Source of the DNA: Rebecca billardiae RCC1528
Taxonomy: Eukaryota; Protista; Haptophyta
Direction of reading: 5' to 3'
DNA length: 64,000 nt
NCBI GenBank assembly: GCA_965240325.2
Contig: OZ251225.1
Coordinates: 930,001-994,000, forward strand
In this document: positions 1 to 11,429 of the stretch, one piece after another
Layout: each line of letters begins with the position of its first letter
Position numbering within the stretch: the stretch's first letter is position 1
Position numbers and translations under genes: made by a program
Notes under the pieces: model-generated
What the model was told of the DNA's origin: nothing
Database searches by the model: none
What the model saw: the letters and a program-made list of their open reading frames with translations, nothing else

Positions 1-1021
1 GAGATGGAACTAATTAATTGCGGTACGTCGGATATAACTATATGCTGATGCAACCCGTTGCCTACTTACGGCGACGCGCACCGCGGGCGGCCGGCCTGAG
101 GCCCGTGCACTCGGGCACTTGGGCCACTAGCTGCGTGTCCCACGTGAGGGGTGGTGACGGTTGTGAGCGAACGTCGAGAGACAAGACACACTGACACAAA
201 ACAAGTCAGTGTCCACTGAATACCTGCCCCGGTTCACCAACTTAGCCCGTAGTAGTATTAGTAATAGTACGGCACGGCGAATAGTCTGCACTGCGGCCTG
301 GATGGCCGTACAGAGCGGGTGGGCTCTTGAACTCTCCACGGCGCCGCCCGGTGGCCGGTGGCGCACGCGACACACACGGAGTTCAAAGCTACAGGTACCC
401 GCTCAGGAGTGCACCGCCGCACAGCGGCTCAGGAGCTACGTGACCATCAAGTGACCAGGATAGCTCCCCGCCAATTCGCGGTGTCTGGTGGTCAGTGACT
501 GAGCCGTGTCGTCTCGTGGCAGTGGTGCGGCGCACGCCAGGGCGTGCAGACAGAAGAGAGGACGGCATGGAAGCGGCCTCCTCTTGGAGCCGCCCGCGTT
601 CAGCCGGAGCCACCCGCCATGCTGCTTCGCCATGCAGCGACGCAGAAGACGTGGCGTAGTCACGGAAGTCGTCGTCGCACATTTCGACCGACGACGAAAT
701 CAATCGTTCACACAAAAAAGACGGACCGACCGTTCGCCAGGCTTCTCAAGTCCCCCCCGCCCAACTCCGGCTAGGGAGCCCCGTAATCAGCAAGCGCTGA
801 TAGGCTCCGGATTGGGTTCTTGTGGCCAGTGGGCCTCTCAGATGGCCAATCAGCGTGCCGCCTCGCAACCCAAAGACCGCGGCTATCGAGGCCCCACCAC
901 GCGCGCGGCGCGGCGGCCGCCGCAACAGCAGCCTCGCGAGGCCTGTCTCGGCCGCGAGGGTTTGGCTTCGCTGCCTTCCCCCCCACCGTGGTCGGGCCTC
1001 CGCCCCCAGCCCCCGGCGACA

Positions 1022-2616
1022 ATGTCGTGGCAGCAGCCGCACCACCACCCCGACTCGCTGTACGCGCCGTTCCCGCCGCCCGGTCCGCCGGGCCCGTTCA
1101 TGCCGAGCGCGCCGAACGGCCTCCTCGCGCCGCCGCCTGTCTCGGCCCCAATCCCCCAGATGCCGCCGATGCCGCCTGGCTACCAGGGCGGCGGCCCGTC
1201 GCAGATGCATGCGGGCTCCATGTCTGGCATGGGCGGCGCGGGCAGCCAGCTCGTGCTGCCGCCCGATTTCGTGCCCCCTCCGAGCACGCTGCCGACCAGC
1301 GCGCCCACCTCGCAGCCGACGCCGCCTCCACCCGCCAAGCAGCGGGCGTCGAAGAAGGCGGCGGCTGCGGCCGCCGCGCCAGCGGGCGCGCCGCCGCCGC
1401 AGCGCATTGTGGACGGCAAGCTGCCGCCGGGCACGTACATCGGGCGTACCGTGGTCGAGAACAACCGCGTGATCAAGATCGCGCAGCCGTACACGACCGG
1501 CCACCTCACCTGCCCGTACTACCCCGACTGCGAGCGCACGTTCAAGCATGCCTCGGAGCGCGTCATCCACGTGCGCAAGGTGCACACGGGCGAGAAGCCG
1601 TTCAAGTGCTCGTACGAGGGGTGCGACAAGCGGTTCTGCTCGTCCAAGCAGCTCAAGTCACACGAGCGCTCGCACAGCAACGAGAAGCCCTTCGTGTGCA
1701 CCGAGTGCGGCAAGGGCCTCGGGTGCGCCGCCGAGCGCGAGCGCCGCACGTGCCCCTGCTCGCGCGCGCCCCGGCCTGCGCCATCCCGCCCGTGGCGCGG
1801 CGCGCGCGCGGCTCGCGCGCTGAGCAGGCGGCGCCCCTTCCCTCCCCCCTCGCCCGCCCCGCCGACGCAGCACCTCGTGCGCGCTCGCCTACCACGTGAA
1901 GGCCGTGCACACGAAGGAGCGGCCGTTCAAGTGCGAGCTGGAGAGCTGCGGCCTCACGTACATGACCAAGGCGGACCTCGACCGGCACTACGCCAAGCAC
2001 AAGCGGCTGTGAGCGCGCGCGGGGCGCGACGCGTGGGGCGCGACGCGCGCGCCTGCGGGGAGCCGTGATGCGGAGGGCGCGCAGCGTGCGTCCGGTGCGC
2101 TGCCGGCGCGCCACTCACGCAGCGCGGCCCGGCGCTGCCCACGCCCTGCGCGCGCGCACGGCCGCGCGCAGCAAGGAGAAGGCCGAGCGCGCGGAGGCGG
2201 CGACGCTGAAGAAGCGCGCGGAGGGCGCGGAGAAGAAGCTCGAGAAGGCGCTCGCAACGATCCAGCGGCTCAAGGCCATGCCGCCTAAGCGGCAGCTCGT
2301 GTCCGCGCCCAAGCCGGCCGGCCCCTCGGCCGCATCCGTTCTCTCGCAGCTGCTCAAGGACGCGCCTCCGGCCAAGCTCGAGCCCATCCTCGCGCAGGAG
2401 ACGGCGATGCTCGCGTCGGCGGGCTCGCGGATCTCGACGGCGATCGGCGTGCTCTTCGCCAACGAGCGCGGCGCACTCTCTGCCGACGACGTCTCCGACT
2501 TCGTGCTCGTCAAGAAGTCGGTGCTCACGCGGCTCCAGCAGCGCGCTGCGGCCGCGGCGAGCGCCATCGCGGCCGCGCGGCCCAAGAGCGCGCCCTCGGC
2601 GGCGGCGGCGGCGGCA

Positions 2617-2648
<32 letters not shown>

Positions 2649-3696
2649 AGGAGGCAGCGTCGCGGCAGACTCGGCCGCTGGCGCCTCGCAGCCCCCCGCC
2701 GCGCTCGAGCAGGCGCTCGGGCTCAACGTGCAGATCGGCAGCGCCAGCGCCGACGCTGGCGGCAGCAGCGGCGCCGCGGCGACGGCAGCCGGCGCGGGTG
2801 CCGCTGCCGGGTCCAGCGTCCCGCCCGCCGAGCAGCCCGCGGGTGCACCGGGCGCACCGGCCGCTGAGCCGATGGATCTCACCGAGCCCGACTCCGCCGC
2901 GCAACCCCGCCTCGCAGGGGCGCCCTCCGCCGCCGCCGCGCCAGCCTATGCGGCGCCTCGTCCGGCATCTCCGCAAACGCTGGTGGCGGCCGTGGCGGCG
3001 CGGCCGCCGTTGGCCGAGGGCTCGACGGCTGCGCCGAGTGCGCCGGGGCTGCCGCCGCCGCCGCCGCCGCCGGCCTTCCTGGCGGGTCAGCTCCCGAGCG
3101 CGCCAGCACCGCTCGCAGCCTCCGCCGCGCCCATGGCAGATGCGCCGCCCGCCGCTGCCGCCGATGGCGCCTCTGAGCAGCTCAGCGGCAAGAAGCGACG
3201 CATCTCCGATCCGGCGACTGCCTTGGCGCGCAAGAAGAAGAAGGAGAACGAGGCGCTGCTGCGCGCCGAGTTCGACCGGCAGAACCTGGTGGGCGTGCCG
3301 TACCAGTCGTGGCGCCGCTGCCTGCCGCAGAAGCAGCACGATCTCATCATCGCGGGCGCGCAGCTCGCGAAGGCGTCCGCGCCTGGCACGGATGGCGACG
3401 CCAGCGGCCTGGGTGGCTTGGTGGCCGCAGCCGACAGCGCGGCGCACGATCCCACGCCCGCGGGCGGCCTCGCTGGCGCTGACGTGGGCGCGCCGATGCC
3501 GCCACTGTCCGCCGCTGCTGCCGCGACTGCCGCCGCCGCCGAGCCGCTGAACGCCGAGCTCGAGCACGCTGAGCACGAGGCGGCGGCCGCAGCCGCCTTG
3601 ATGAGCGACGGTGGTGCGCACGCGGATGACGGCCGCTTCGTGTCAGCGCGGCTGGTCTCGGAGGCCGCCGGTGAGCCAAGCCGCACCCAGCCATAG
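1022..3696 (+). CDS. C2H2 zinc-finger transcription factor (about 4 fingers), 3 exons: 1022-1722, 1871-2008, 2172-3696
   Basis: Fingers CPYYPDC..HVRKVH-TGEKPF-KCSYEGC..HERSH-SNEKPF-VCTECGK. Splicing GT(1723)..AG(1870) and GT(2009)..AG(2171) restores HVKAVH-TKERPF-KCELESC..HYAKH and joins the 2065..3696 frame. Confidence 0.85.
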
Positions 3697-4044
3697 GCCT
3701 CTTCTCGGTGGGCGGGGCGTGCGGAGCGAGCGGGGCCACTTGGCGTCGCGCAACCCGCGCTCGCCCATCGTGGGCTGCCACCGAGGTGCTCGCTACATTT
3801 GCGAGCGGCGAATGAACTGCCGCTGCCTGCTCTGCTCCGCTCCACGGCTCCGCGCGGCTCATCACCAAATGACCGACACTGACACCATCACTCATCAGAT
3901 TCAGGCGACGGACGCGCCGGTCCGGCGCGCGTCGCGGATCAAACAGCTGCATGTGAGCTTGCTCACGCCCGGCGAGCAGCAGCTGCGCTGCTGTCGTAAT
4001 ACTAAAATACCGCCGCCGTCATCATCGTCAATGAAGCTGACGGC

Positions 4045-5760
4045 TAGGGGGGCCAAACCGCCCATTTAAAAAAGAAAATCAAAGCCGCGGCGCATTTTCG
4101 CTCCGCCCTCGGGCTTTTAGGGTGGCGCGGAGCCTTTTTCTCGGACCCCGCTCGAAAATCGAGCTCCGACGCCTTCGGGCGCTCAGAGCTCGGTTCCGCT
4201 CCAGACGAGCGGCCGGAGGCAGTGGACCGCCGCGCGCTCGCGACCTCTGAGACGCCGAGATGGTCTCGGGTGCGCGCGCGCGTGACGCTGGTGGGCGCTA
4301 CTGGCCCGTGCCTTTGCGTCACCAGCGGCTCACCACCCGCTTCTTGGCCACCTCGCGCCGTGCGCGGCGCGCGTCGGCCGGCTTGAATTGGCGCGCTGCG
4401 TGCGCCTCTCACGCTACCGCTCGGTGTGGGTCATGATCAACTCGGAGTGGTGAGATCGGTGCTCGGAGCAGGTGTCTAGGTATGTATGTGCATGGTCAAC
4501 TCGCCTAACCTGCCCTACTGCGCCGGAATCGCCGTCAGCAGACCGGCGCGAGCTCGCGCGCAACACCTCCGCGGAGCCCGCAACTGCCATCTTCCGCTCG
4601 TAGGGCCCGTGTTTGCACCTGCCGTGGCACTTGCGATGGTCAGCACGTTGGGTATGGGTCACGTGTGCCCGCTGATGGCGTCGGGACGCCTCCCATTTGC
4701 CTCTCAGGACGTCGCGGACGTGCTCGCAGGCAGCGGTTGGCTCATTCGACAGGTCCGACTAGCACTGGACCGTGCCTGCAAGCGCGCCCCTGTGACGCTC
4801 ATGCCTGCAGAAGCAGATGCAGATGGGCCCCCATGCACCCTGGTGCGCCGAAGACCGGCGGGAGCGTCAGAGACCGTCTCAATCTTGACACCTTGCACAC
4901 GCCGGCGCTTGCCGTTGGGCTCCGCGCAGCCAGCCAGGAGCGCCGAACAACGCCGGATCAGCCTCTGTAGGCCGAATATCCGCCCCAAAGCCCAGAAATA
5001 GCGCGGAACAGGGTAGGGCGTACCTATATGGACCGATCCCATCCAGCCTGGTTTGGTGCAGAGACGCCAGCCACCGCCTGGAGCAGGCGTTTGCTGCCGA
5101 ATCGCATGCTCGGCACTGTGCCGCACTGCGACGACGACAGATTTGACCTGCCTCGTAGGTCTCGGCCAGGGAGCGGTGGCGGTTGGCTCGGGTGACTTTA
5201 AACCTTGACTATGACCGAGAGCACTCCCGGGCTGAGGACGTGGGGCCGGTGCCTTGGGTCCATCATGTCTGCAATATGCCGTACGCGTGGCCGTATACAC
5301 AGTCTGAAAACGTATCTCGCAGCTCGAGATCAGGCGAGACTGTATTCATCAGCATGGCGGCTATATACACGGTGGGTATGTAACGACCAGTGGCTTCCAG
5401 GAAACTACATATTTGACAGCCTGCCAGTACACAGCCTATATCGCATGTTGGGACCTGCTGCTGCTGGGGACTGAGAACGATCTCGCTGAGATGCTCTATC
5501 AAAGTGAGGTCGACATGGTCTATATGTCACATATAGGACGGCCGTTACATGCCGTTTCCAATAAGTTCAGGCTCATTCTAATAAGTAAATATGCTAGCCG
5601 TTACGCCCTATATTCAGGGTATGTGCACCTGATTTTTTTACATGGCCGGCCCAGACCCCTCCAGAGGGCAAATGATCCAGCCCGAAATCAGCTCTAAACA
5701 CTCGCTAGGACGCGCGCTCGTGGCCGTCAGTAACGCTACAGTGCCTCTTTGGCCCCCCTA
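4045..5760. mobile_element. Non-autonomous hAT-like DNA transposon, 13-bp TIR TAGGGGGGCCAAA, 7-bp TSD TGACGGC
   Basis: TIRs at 4045-4057 and 5748-5760. TGACGGC at 4038-4044 and 5761-5767. No intact transposase ORF. Confidence 0.8.
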
Positions 5761-6319
5761 TGACGGCAGCTGATCAATATTCAATCCATTTATCCGACTC
5801 GTGACCGGATCGTGAAGAGAACAGCCTGCCCGGGAGAAGCCCGCCGGGGCTGACCTTGGGCAGCAGCCATACATGCAGGCCAGCATGCGCGGCGGGGTGG
5901 CATCAGTGCCGGCCCCGGCCCGCAAACGCAAACAGCCGGACGCCCCGGCCCACGCAGCTGATGCGCCAGCAAACCCTGCTCCGGGCAACACGGAACCCTG
6001 CCGCCGGCTTTGAGGCCGACACGCCACACTGGGGCGCATATCACCTGAGGGCCAGGCCTTCTGTGTGATAAGCTACCCCAGTCATGCCGCTTGATACACA
6101 CCTTCCTCAACCGACAGTGGGGCTCTACATTCCCTACTACATCCTCATCCTGTCGGCGCGCTGTCGCATCGGCGCCCAGTCGGCGAGTTTGGACGACGAC
6201 GTTTTGCGGACGACGGTGGGGCGAGGACGACGGGCGCTGGCGCGCCGCGAGGCGGCCGCAGCCCTCATCCAGGCCTAGCAGGCGGACGGCTGAACGAATT
6301 TTTCCGGCGGCGCTACCAT

Positions 6320-6404
6320 CGGCGACGGCTTCATGGGCGGTGACAGTTGGCGGGCGTCAATCTCGCCTGCCTGAGCTGTGTGCGTCTCTTATTCTTAGTA
6401 AACT
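6320..6404 (+). repeat. 85-bp dispersed repeat, identical to the reverse complement of 43788-43872
   Basis: Direct comparison, CGGCGACGGCTTCATGGG...TTATTCTTAGTAAACT. Confidence 0.9.
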
Positions 6405-6683
6405 CCTGAGAAGTGAGATGATGATATGTCGTCAGATGACTGCTGACAGTCTGACACTTATTGACATCACTTGACGACAGCGGCGGGCTGCGGGCGGGGC
6501 CACGGCGGCAGTCACAGTCACTGTGTGAGTGTGAATCGGTAGCTACACTGTCACTGTCACAATCACGCGCCTTTAAAACCAACGTACGTGCACGTTAAAT
6601 CTTAGTAAACTGTAGTTAGACGTAAACTTTCGTGTGGTGCGCCGTCTCAAACCTCGATGGCCCGGACGCACGCGGCGCTCCGC

Positions 6684-9680
6684 CTATTCGTCATCATCCC
6701 CCAACTCGCGAGCGAACGAGCGCAGCACCTCGAGCACATGCGCGATCCCCGCGCTGTCCTTGTTGTGGCACACGTCGAGGCCAGCTGCGTCGAACTCGTC
6801 GCGGTCGGGCGATCCGATCGGGTCGCCGGTCATGCCGATGATCACGCCGGTGTACCCTCCGAGCCGCAGCGCGCGCGTGGCCGCCGTGCCCGTCATGCGC
6901 GGCATCTGCACGCGCGCGCACGCGAGGGAGAGAGAGAGGGCACACGAGGGCTGAGCGCCGCTGCCACGTCGGCGCACCACGCGGCGCTCGCGCGTGCGCA
7001 CCTGGTTGTCCATCACAATCATCGCGTACTGCACGTCCCCGCGCTCCACCATCGAAACCGCCTCCACGCCGTCGGACGCGATGTCGTACTCTGCGCCCAC
7101 CTTTCGGAAGGTGCGCAGCGGGAGCGAGCGCTGCAGGATCTTGTCGTCGTCTACGTAGAGGCAGCGGAAGCCCGGCGCGAAGCGCAGCCGCTGCGGCGTG
7201 CGCGGCGGCGCGGCGGCAGGGGTCCTGGCGCCGCTGGCCGTGCTGTCACTCGCCGCGATCAACCCGGGCGCGCCGGAGCCGTTCGCCTCCGCTGATGGCT
7301 GCGACACGGCAACGGCCACTCCGGCCGATTCGCCGAGGTAGGCCGCGTGGACGGGTGCCGCGGCGGCGAGAGCGCTGGGAAGTGGCGGCATGTGCTCGAT
7401 CCCGCCGTCGTCCTCGGTCATCGGCGCCCCCGCCGTGCCGCCAGGCTCCTGGACGGCCCACAAGGCGGCGGCGGCAGGCAGGGCGAGCGGCGTGCACGAC
7501 TCTCGAGACGAGCCCGCGCCGCTGGCCGAGAGCGGCGGCGAGGGCGAGCCGCGGCCAAACTCGGTGGAGCGGCGGGCGGAGTCGAAGCGGCCGCGCATGC
7601 GCGCAGAGAGCGCGTCCGCGACCGAGTCGGGGTCCGACAGCGAGGCGGCGTCCATGGTGCGCGAGCGCCCCGCACTGCGCCTCAGGCTGCTGTCGCCCGC
7701 GCCCACGGAGCTCGCACGCGAGCTGACGAACGAGAGCGCGCTCGACTTGGCGCTCATCGGCGCCCCGCGCGGCAGGCAGAGCACGAGCTCGAAGGTGGTA
7801 CCGCAGCCGTGGCCCTCCGAGTGCAGCCGCAGCTGCGAGCCGTGGTGCAGCTGCAGCAGCTGCCGGCAGATGTGCAGCCCGAGCCCCGTGCCGCCCGAGC
7901 CCTGCATCTGCCCTTTCCCCACCTGCTCGAATGGCTCGCGCACACTCTGCAGCGTGTGCAGCTCATGCGCGTCGAGGCCGACGCCCGAGTCGACGACGCA
8001 GATGTGCACCGGCCGGCCGAGCGAGCGGGTGAAGCGCGGGTGCACGACGGAGGACGGCGACTCCCCGGAGAGCGTGGACGCGTCGGCCCTTTTCGCCGTC
8101 ACCACGGCCGTGGACCGGGGCGTTCGCTCCGACTCTTCGCCTTGCCCTGCGCGCTCGGGCGTGGCCATCGGAGCGGTCGTTGGCGCCGCCCCTGCCGCCG
8201 CCGCTGCCGCACGCGTCGGGCTCTCGCACGCGAAGACGCGCACGCTGCCGCCCGCATCGGTGAACTTGAGCGCGTTCGAGATGCCGTTGTTGAGGCACTG
8301 CTGCAGCCGGCGCATGTCGCCCACCAGCCAGCAGCCGCCGAGCTCGCCCTCCGGCTCCGCCACCTCGAGCCGAATCTGCTTCTCCGCGGCTACCGCGCCA
8401 AAGGTGTCCGAGACGGAGCGCAGCAGCCGCGAGAGCGCAAACGGCGCGTGCACGAGGTTGAGCCGCCCTGAGTCAATGCGCTCGAAGTCGAGCATGTCGG
8501 ACACGACGTACTCCATCAGCGAGGCGCACGTCGAGAGGCCCTCGAGCGCCTCGAGCACGTGCGGCGCGTTGAGCGGCGCGGCGTCCGAGTCGGACGCGTC
8601 GTCACGCAGCGAGTCGGAGAGCGCGCGTATGGAGAGGAGCGGGGAGCGCAGGTCGTGCATTACCATGCGGATCAGCCGGCTACGCGCGCTCGACGCTACG
8701 CGCGCCGTCTGCAGCTGCAGCTCGGCTGCGACCTCCGCCTCCCGGTGAGCGCCCTGCTCGGCGAGCGCGCGCGTGACCGTCGCGGTCAGGTGGAAGTGGT
8801 TTCGCTCGAGCCGCGCGAGCCGCGCGTGGCCGGCGACGAGCGAGGCCGCGACGAGCGCAAAGTACGTCAGGCCCACCGCCTCGACCGTCGTGTCGCCGGA
8901 CGGCGCGTTGCCCACGCAGATCGCGCCGGCGGCGCCGCCGAGCGCGCACGCTGCGACGAGCGCGTACACGGTGAGCCGGAGCGGCGCAAAGAGGCCGACC
9001 CCCGTGAGTACCACGAGCTCGAGCCCGCGCCAGAGCGGCTCGCCTCCCGTGCGTGCGTGATGCAGGTCGATGAGCGCCAACACCACCGGCATGCACGCCG
9101 CGTGCGCGCACAGGCCCGCCGCGAGCACCGCCTCCGTGGCTGCATGCGAGAAGACAAACTTCGCCGCGCAGAGCGAGAACAGGGCCATGGCCCAGAAGAG
9201 CGCGGCGGCGGCGCACGAGACCAGGGTGCCCACGTCGTCCCAGCCGTGCGCATGCGCTAGCGTGCCCGTCTGCATCACGTGGATCGCGCCGATCGCGACG
9301 CAGATAACGAGCGCTCGACGCGGCAGCTTGGCGCGCATCACGCGCTCGCGGAAGTCCGCCTCGACAACTGGGTCGGCAAACGTGCCGTCGAGGCGGAGGC
9401 CGATGCACGGCAGCGATAGCCCATCTCTGGTGGCGGCTGCATTGCTTGCGTCTGCGCGGCGTGGCGCGCCGCCGACGCCGGCACCGTGAGTGCCCTCGAG
9501 CTCACTTGCGCGCTCGTCGCGTGCACCGCTCGCGTTGGACACGCGCCAGCGCGGCGGCGAGAGCTTGCTGTCAGCGCGTGGTGGCACGCAGCGCACGCGC
9601 GTCAGACGCGGGCTCATGCGCTTGCCTGCCGCGACGATGTCGGCTGATTCGCGCGCTGGGTGCACCCGAGGCGTGCGCAT
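6684..9680 (-). CDS. Membrane-bound hybrid sensor histidine kinase (TM sensor-HisKA-HATPase-receiver); intron 6906-7001; start uncertain
   Basis: H-box MVMHDLRSPL, N-box LNNGISNALKFT, G1 DSGVG, G2 GTGLGL. Receiver LYVDDD..MDNQ|MPRMTG..GMTG is restored by removing a 96-nt GTGCGC..GTGCAG intron. Several hydrophobic helices at the N-terminus. Confidence 0.9.
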   Translation of the reverse strand: MRTPRVHPARESADIVAAGKRMSPRLTRVRCVPPRADSKLSPPRWRVSNASGARDERASELEGTHGAGVGGAPRRADASNAAATRDGLSLPCIGLRLDGTFADPVVEADFRERVMRAKLPRRALVICVAIGAIHVMQTGTLAHAHGWDDVGTLVSCAAAALFWAMALFSLCAAKFVFSHAATEAVLAAGLCAHAACMPVVLALIDLHHARTGGEPLWRGLELVVLTGVGLFAPLRLTVYALVAACALGGAAGAICVGNAPSGDTTVEAVGLTYFALVAASLVAGHARLARLERNHFHLTATVTRALAEQGAHREAEVAAELQLQTARVASSARSRLIRMVMHDLRSPLLSIRALSDSLRDDASDSDAAPLNAPHVLEALEGLSTCASLMEYVVSDMLDFERIDSGRLNLVHAPFALSRLLRSVSDTFGAVAAEKQIRLEVAEPEGELGGCWLVGDMRRLQQCLNNGISNALKFTDAGGSVRVFACESPTRAAAAAAGAAPTTAPMATPERAGQGEESERTPRSTAVVTAKRADASTLSGESPSSVVHPRFTRSLGRPVHICVVDSGVGLDAHELHTLQSVREPFEQVGKGQMQGSGGTGLGLHICRQLLQLHHGSQLRLHSEGHGCGTTFELVLCLPRGAPMSAKSSALSFVSSRASSVGAGDSSLRRSAGRSRTMDAASLSDPDSVADALSARMRGRFDSARRSTEFGRGSPSPPLSASGAGSSRESCTPLALPAAAALWAVQEPGGTAGAPMTEDDGGIEHMPPLPSALAAAAPVHAAYLGESAGVAVAVSQPSAEANGSGAPGLIAASDSTASGARTPAAAPPRTPQRLRFAPGFRCLYVDDDKILQRSLPLRTFRKVGAEYDIASDGVEAVSMVERGDVQYAMIVMDNQVRTRERRVVRRRGSGAQPSCALSLSLACARVQMPRMTGTAATRALRLGGYTGVIIGMTGDPIGSPDRDEFDAAGLDVCHNKDSAGIAHVLEVLRSFARELGDDDE

Positions 9681-11429
9681 GGGTCCGCCGAGGAAGAGGT
9701 GGTGACTCGGGCGTGCGAGGCGAGGGAGTTTTGGGCCTCTCAGAGCGACGAAGCGGGTCAACGCCTCAACGCAGCAATTAGTCATCTGAGGCAGGTCTTC
9801 GCCGAGTAGGTGGTGTTGACCGACGATTCGGGCGACGAAAACGGAGATCCTGATTGGCTGAACAGTAGAAGAATCTTTTTCGATACTGCATTTGCATAGG
9901 AATGTCGTCTACTGTAATCTGATTAGCCTCAACCGCGACCAAAAACGACGCATCATTTGACCGCCTCATCATCATCATCATCCCGTAGATTTGTTAAGTT
10001 CAACTGAGCAATATGCCAATCGTTATGGTCCACTCAGTTGGGGTAAGAGCAGTTGAGTTTCGTTCATCTACGGTTAAAGATACCTCTCCGGGATCCTTGA
10101 GTAATCCAACCGTAGAGGTCATGGTATCCAGGTGATGAATATTGAGTATGGACCATGGGGGTAGCCAGGTGGGAGACCAGCAAGCAGAGTATATTTAAAA
10201 AAATGATGTCGCTGGACGTCTCCGCCCCTTCCGTCCCGGTCGGCTCTCTTGCGGACGTGAGATATGTCTCTGGTTCCGTCGTCGATGACTGCTGCCAAGG
10301 TGTGTCTTGACCACTGCTGCCTTGTAGTCTGTGCGGATTTGACACGTCACGCCGTCGCGGTCTCACTGCCGCCCCGGTGTAGACGACTCAGGCATTGCCC
10401 GCTGCCGCAGCTGCCCCGTCGTTGTCCGCTTATCACTCAAATATCAGAGCACATATTCGGAGTCGAGCTACATAGAGCTAGCAGGGCTGGCCATCGCATT
10501 GTCAGGCAGCACCCACAGGCCCGACAGTCGGGCTATTGAAATTGGGTCATTACAGTGATTACTCATTGCGGCAGTGATCCTTCACGGTGCAGTCGCCTTT
10601 CAGTTTCACCCGATTTTAACATTTTTACCGTTTACGGGCGGTGCCTAGTGGCTAGTTACTGACTAGCTGAGCCTACGCGGACCGAGTAGTACTACTGAGT
10701 ACACAAAATCGTTATGACACCGTACGGCTGTATGTAGTGAGTTGAGCCTGGAGGCCGGGCGGCTTCGTGACTTCGTGTCGGAGCCGGACTCGGAGGCCGC
10801 GAGGCCGAGGGCGGTGCTCCGTCCATCCCGGCCCCGCTCCCGTAGGGGGGCAGGGCTGCGTGTGGCGCACTGTCTGACCTGGACGGAAGGCGCGGACGCA
10901 TTCTATGTGTCTGTTGCACTCTGAGCCTGACGCTTGTCCGAAGTGCTGCCACGTCGGTAATATATATATATATTAAATAGTTATATATATATATATAAAT
11001 TATAATTACAATATTAATGGGGCCGGCAATCGGCATGCCAATAGAAGTGTGAGAATGTCGATCGATCAGAAGTCTTTCAGTAGCAGTACTAAGCAGCCTG
11101 GGAGGAGGTCATCGGACCGTCCGAAGACTCCGACCGTCACCGATATCGGCGGGTCGGGCGAGGCTGACGAGGGCACTACGAGTACGAAGTGCGAGTGCGA
11201 GTCCGGTGCGAGAACCATCTGAGGGAGAACGCCAACTGCAGCTGCAGCCGCTGGCGGCGCACAGCTGGCGGCGCGGGGCACGCCGGTGAGCGTGCGCCCT
11301 GCACGGGGCAGAGTCAGGCGAAAGAGAGGACGAGCGGCCGGTCAGCGGCCGCCCACGCACCGCACGCGCGGCCCGCGATGCTCGGCTGCGCGCGCGAAGC
11401 CGGCGCGCACGGCCGCCCGCCTTCCGCCC

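Noticed and set aside
6091-6474. Peptide ATASWAVTVGGRQSRLPELCASLILSKL shared by ORFs at 6091 and 43700
   Set aside because: It is simply the translation of the 85-bp DNA repeat. There is no evidence that it is coding.
10132-10215. GTGATGA box C-like motif
   Set aside because: No properly placed D box, terminal stem or recognisable rRNA guide.
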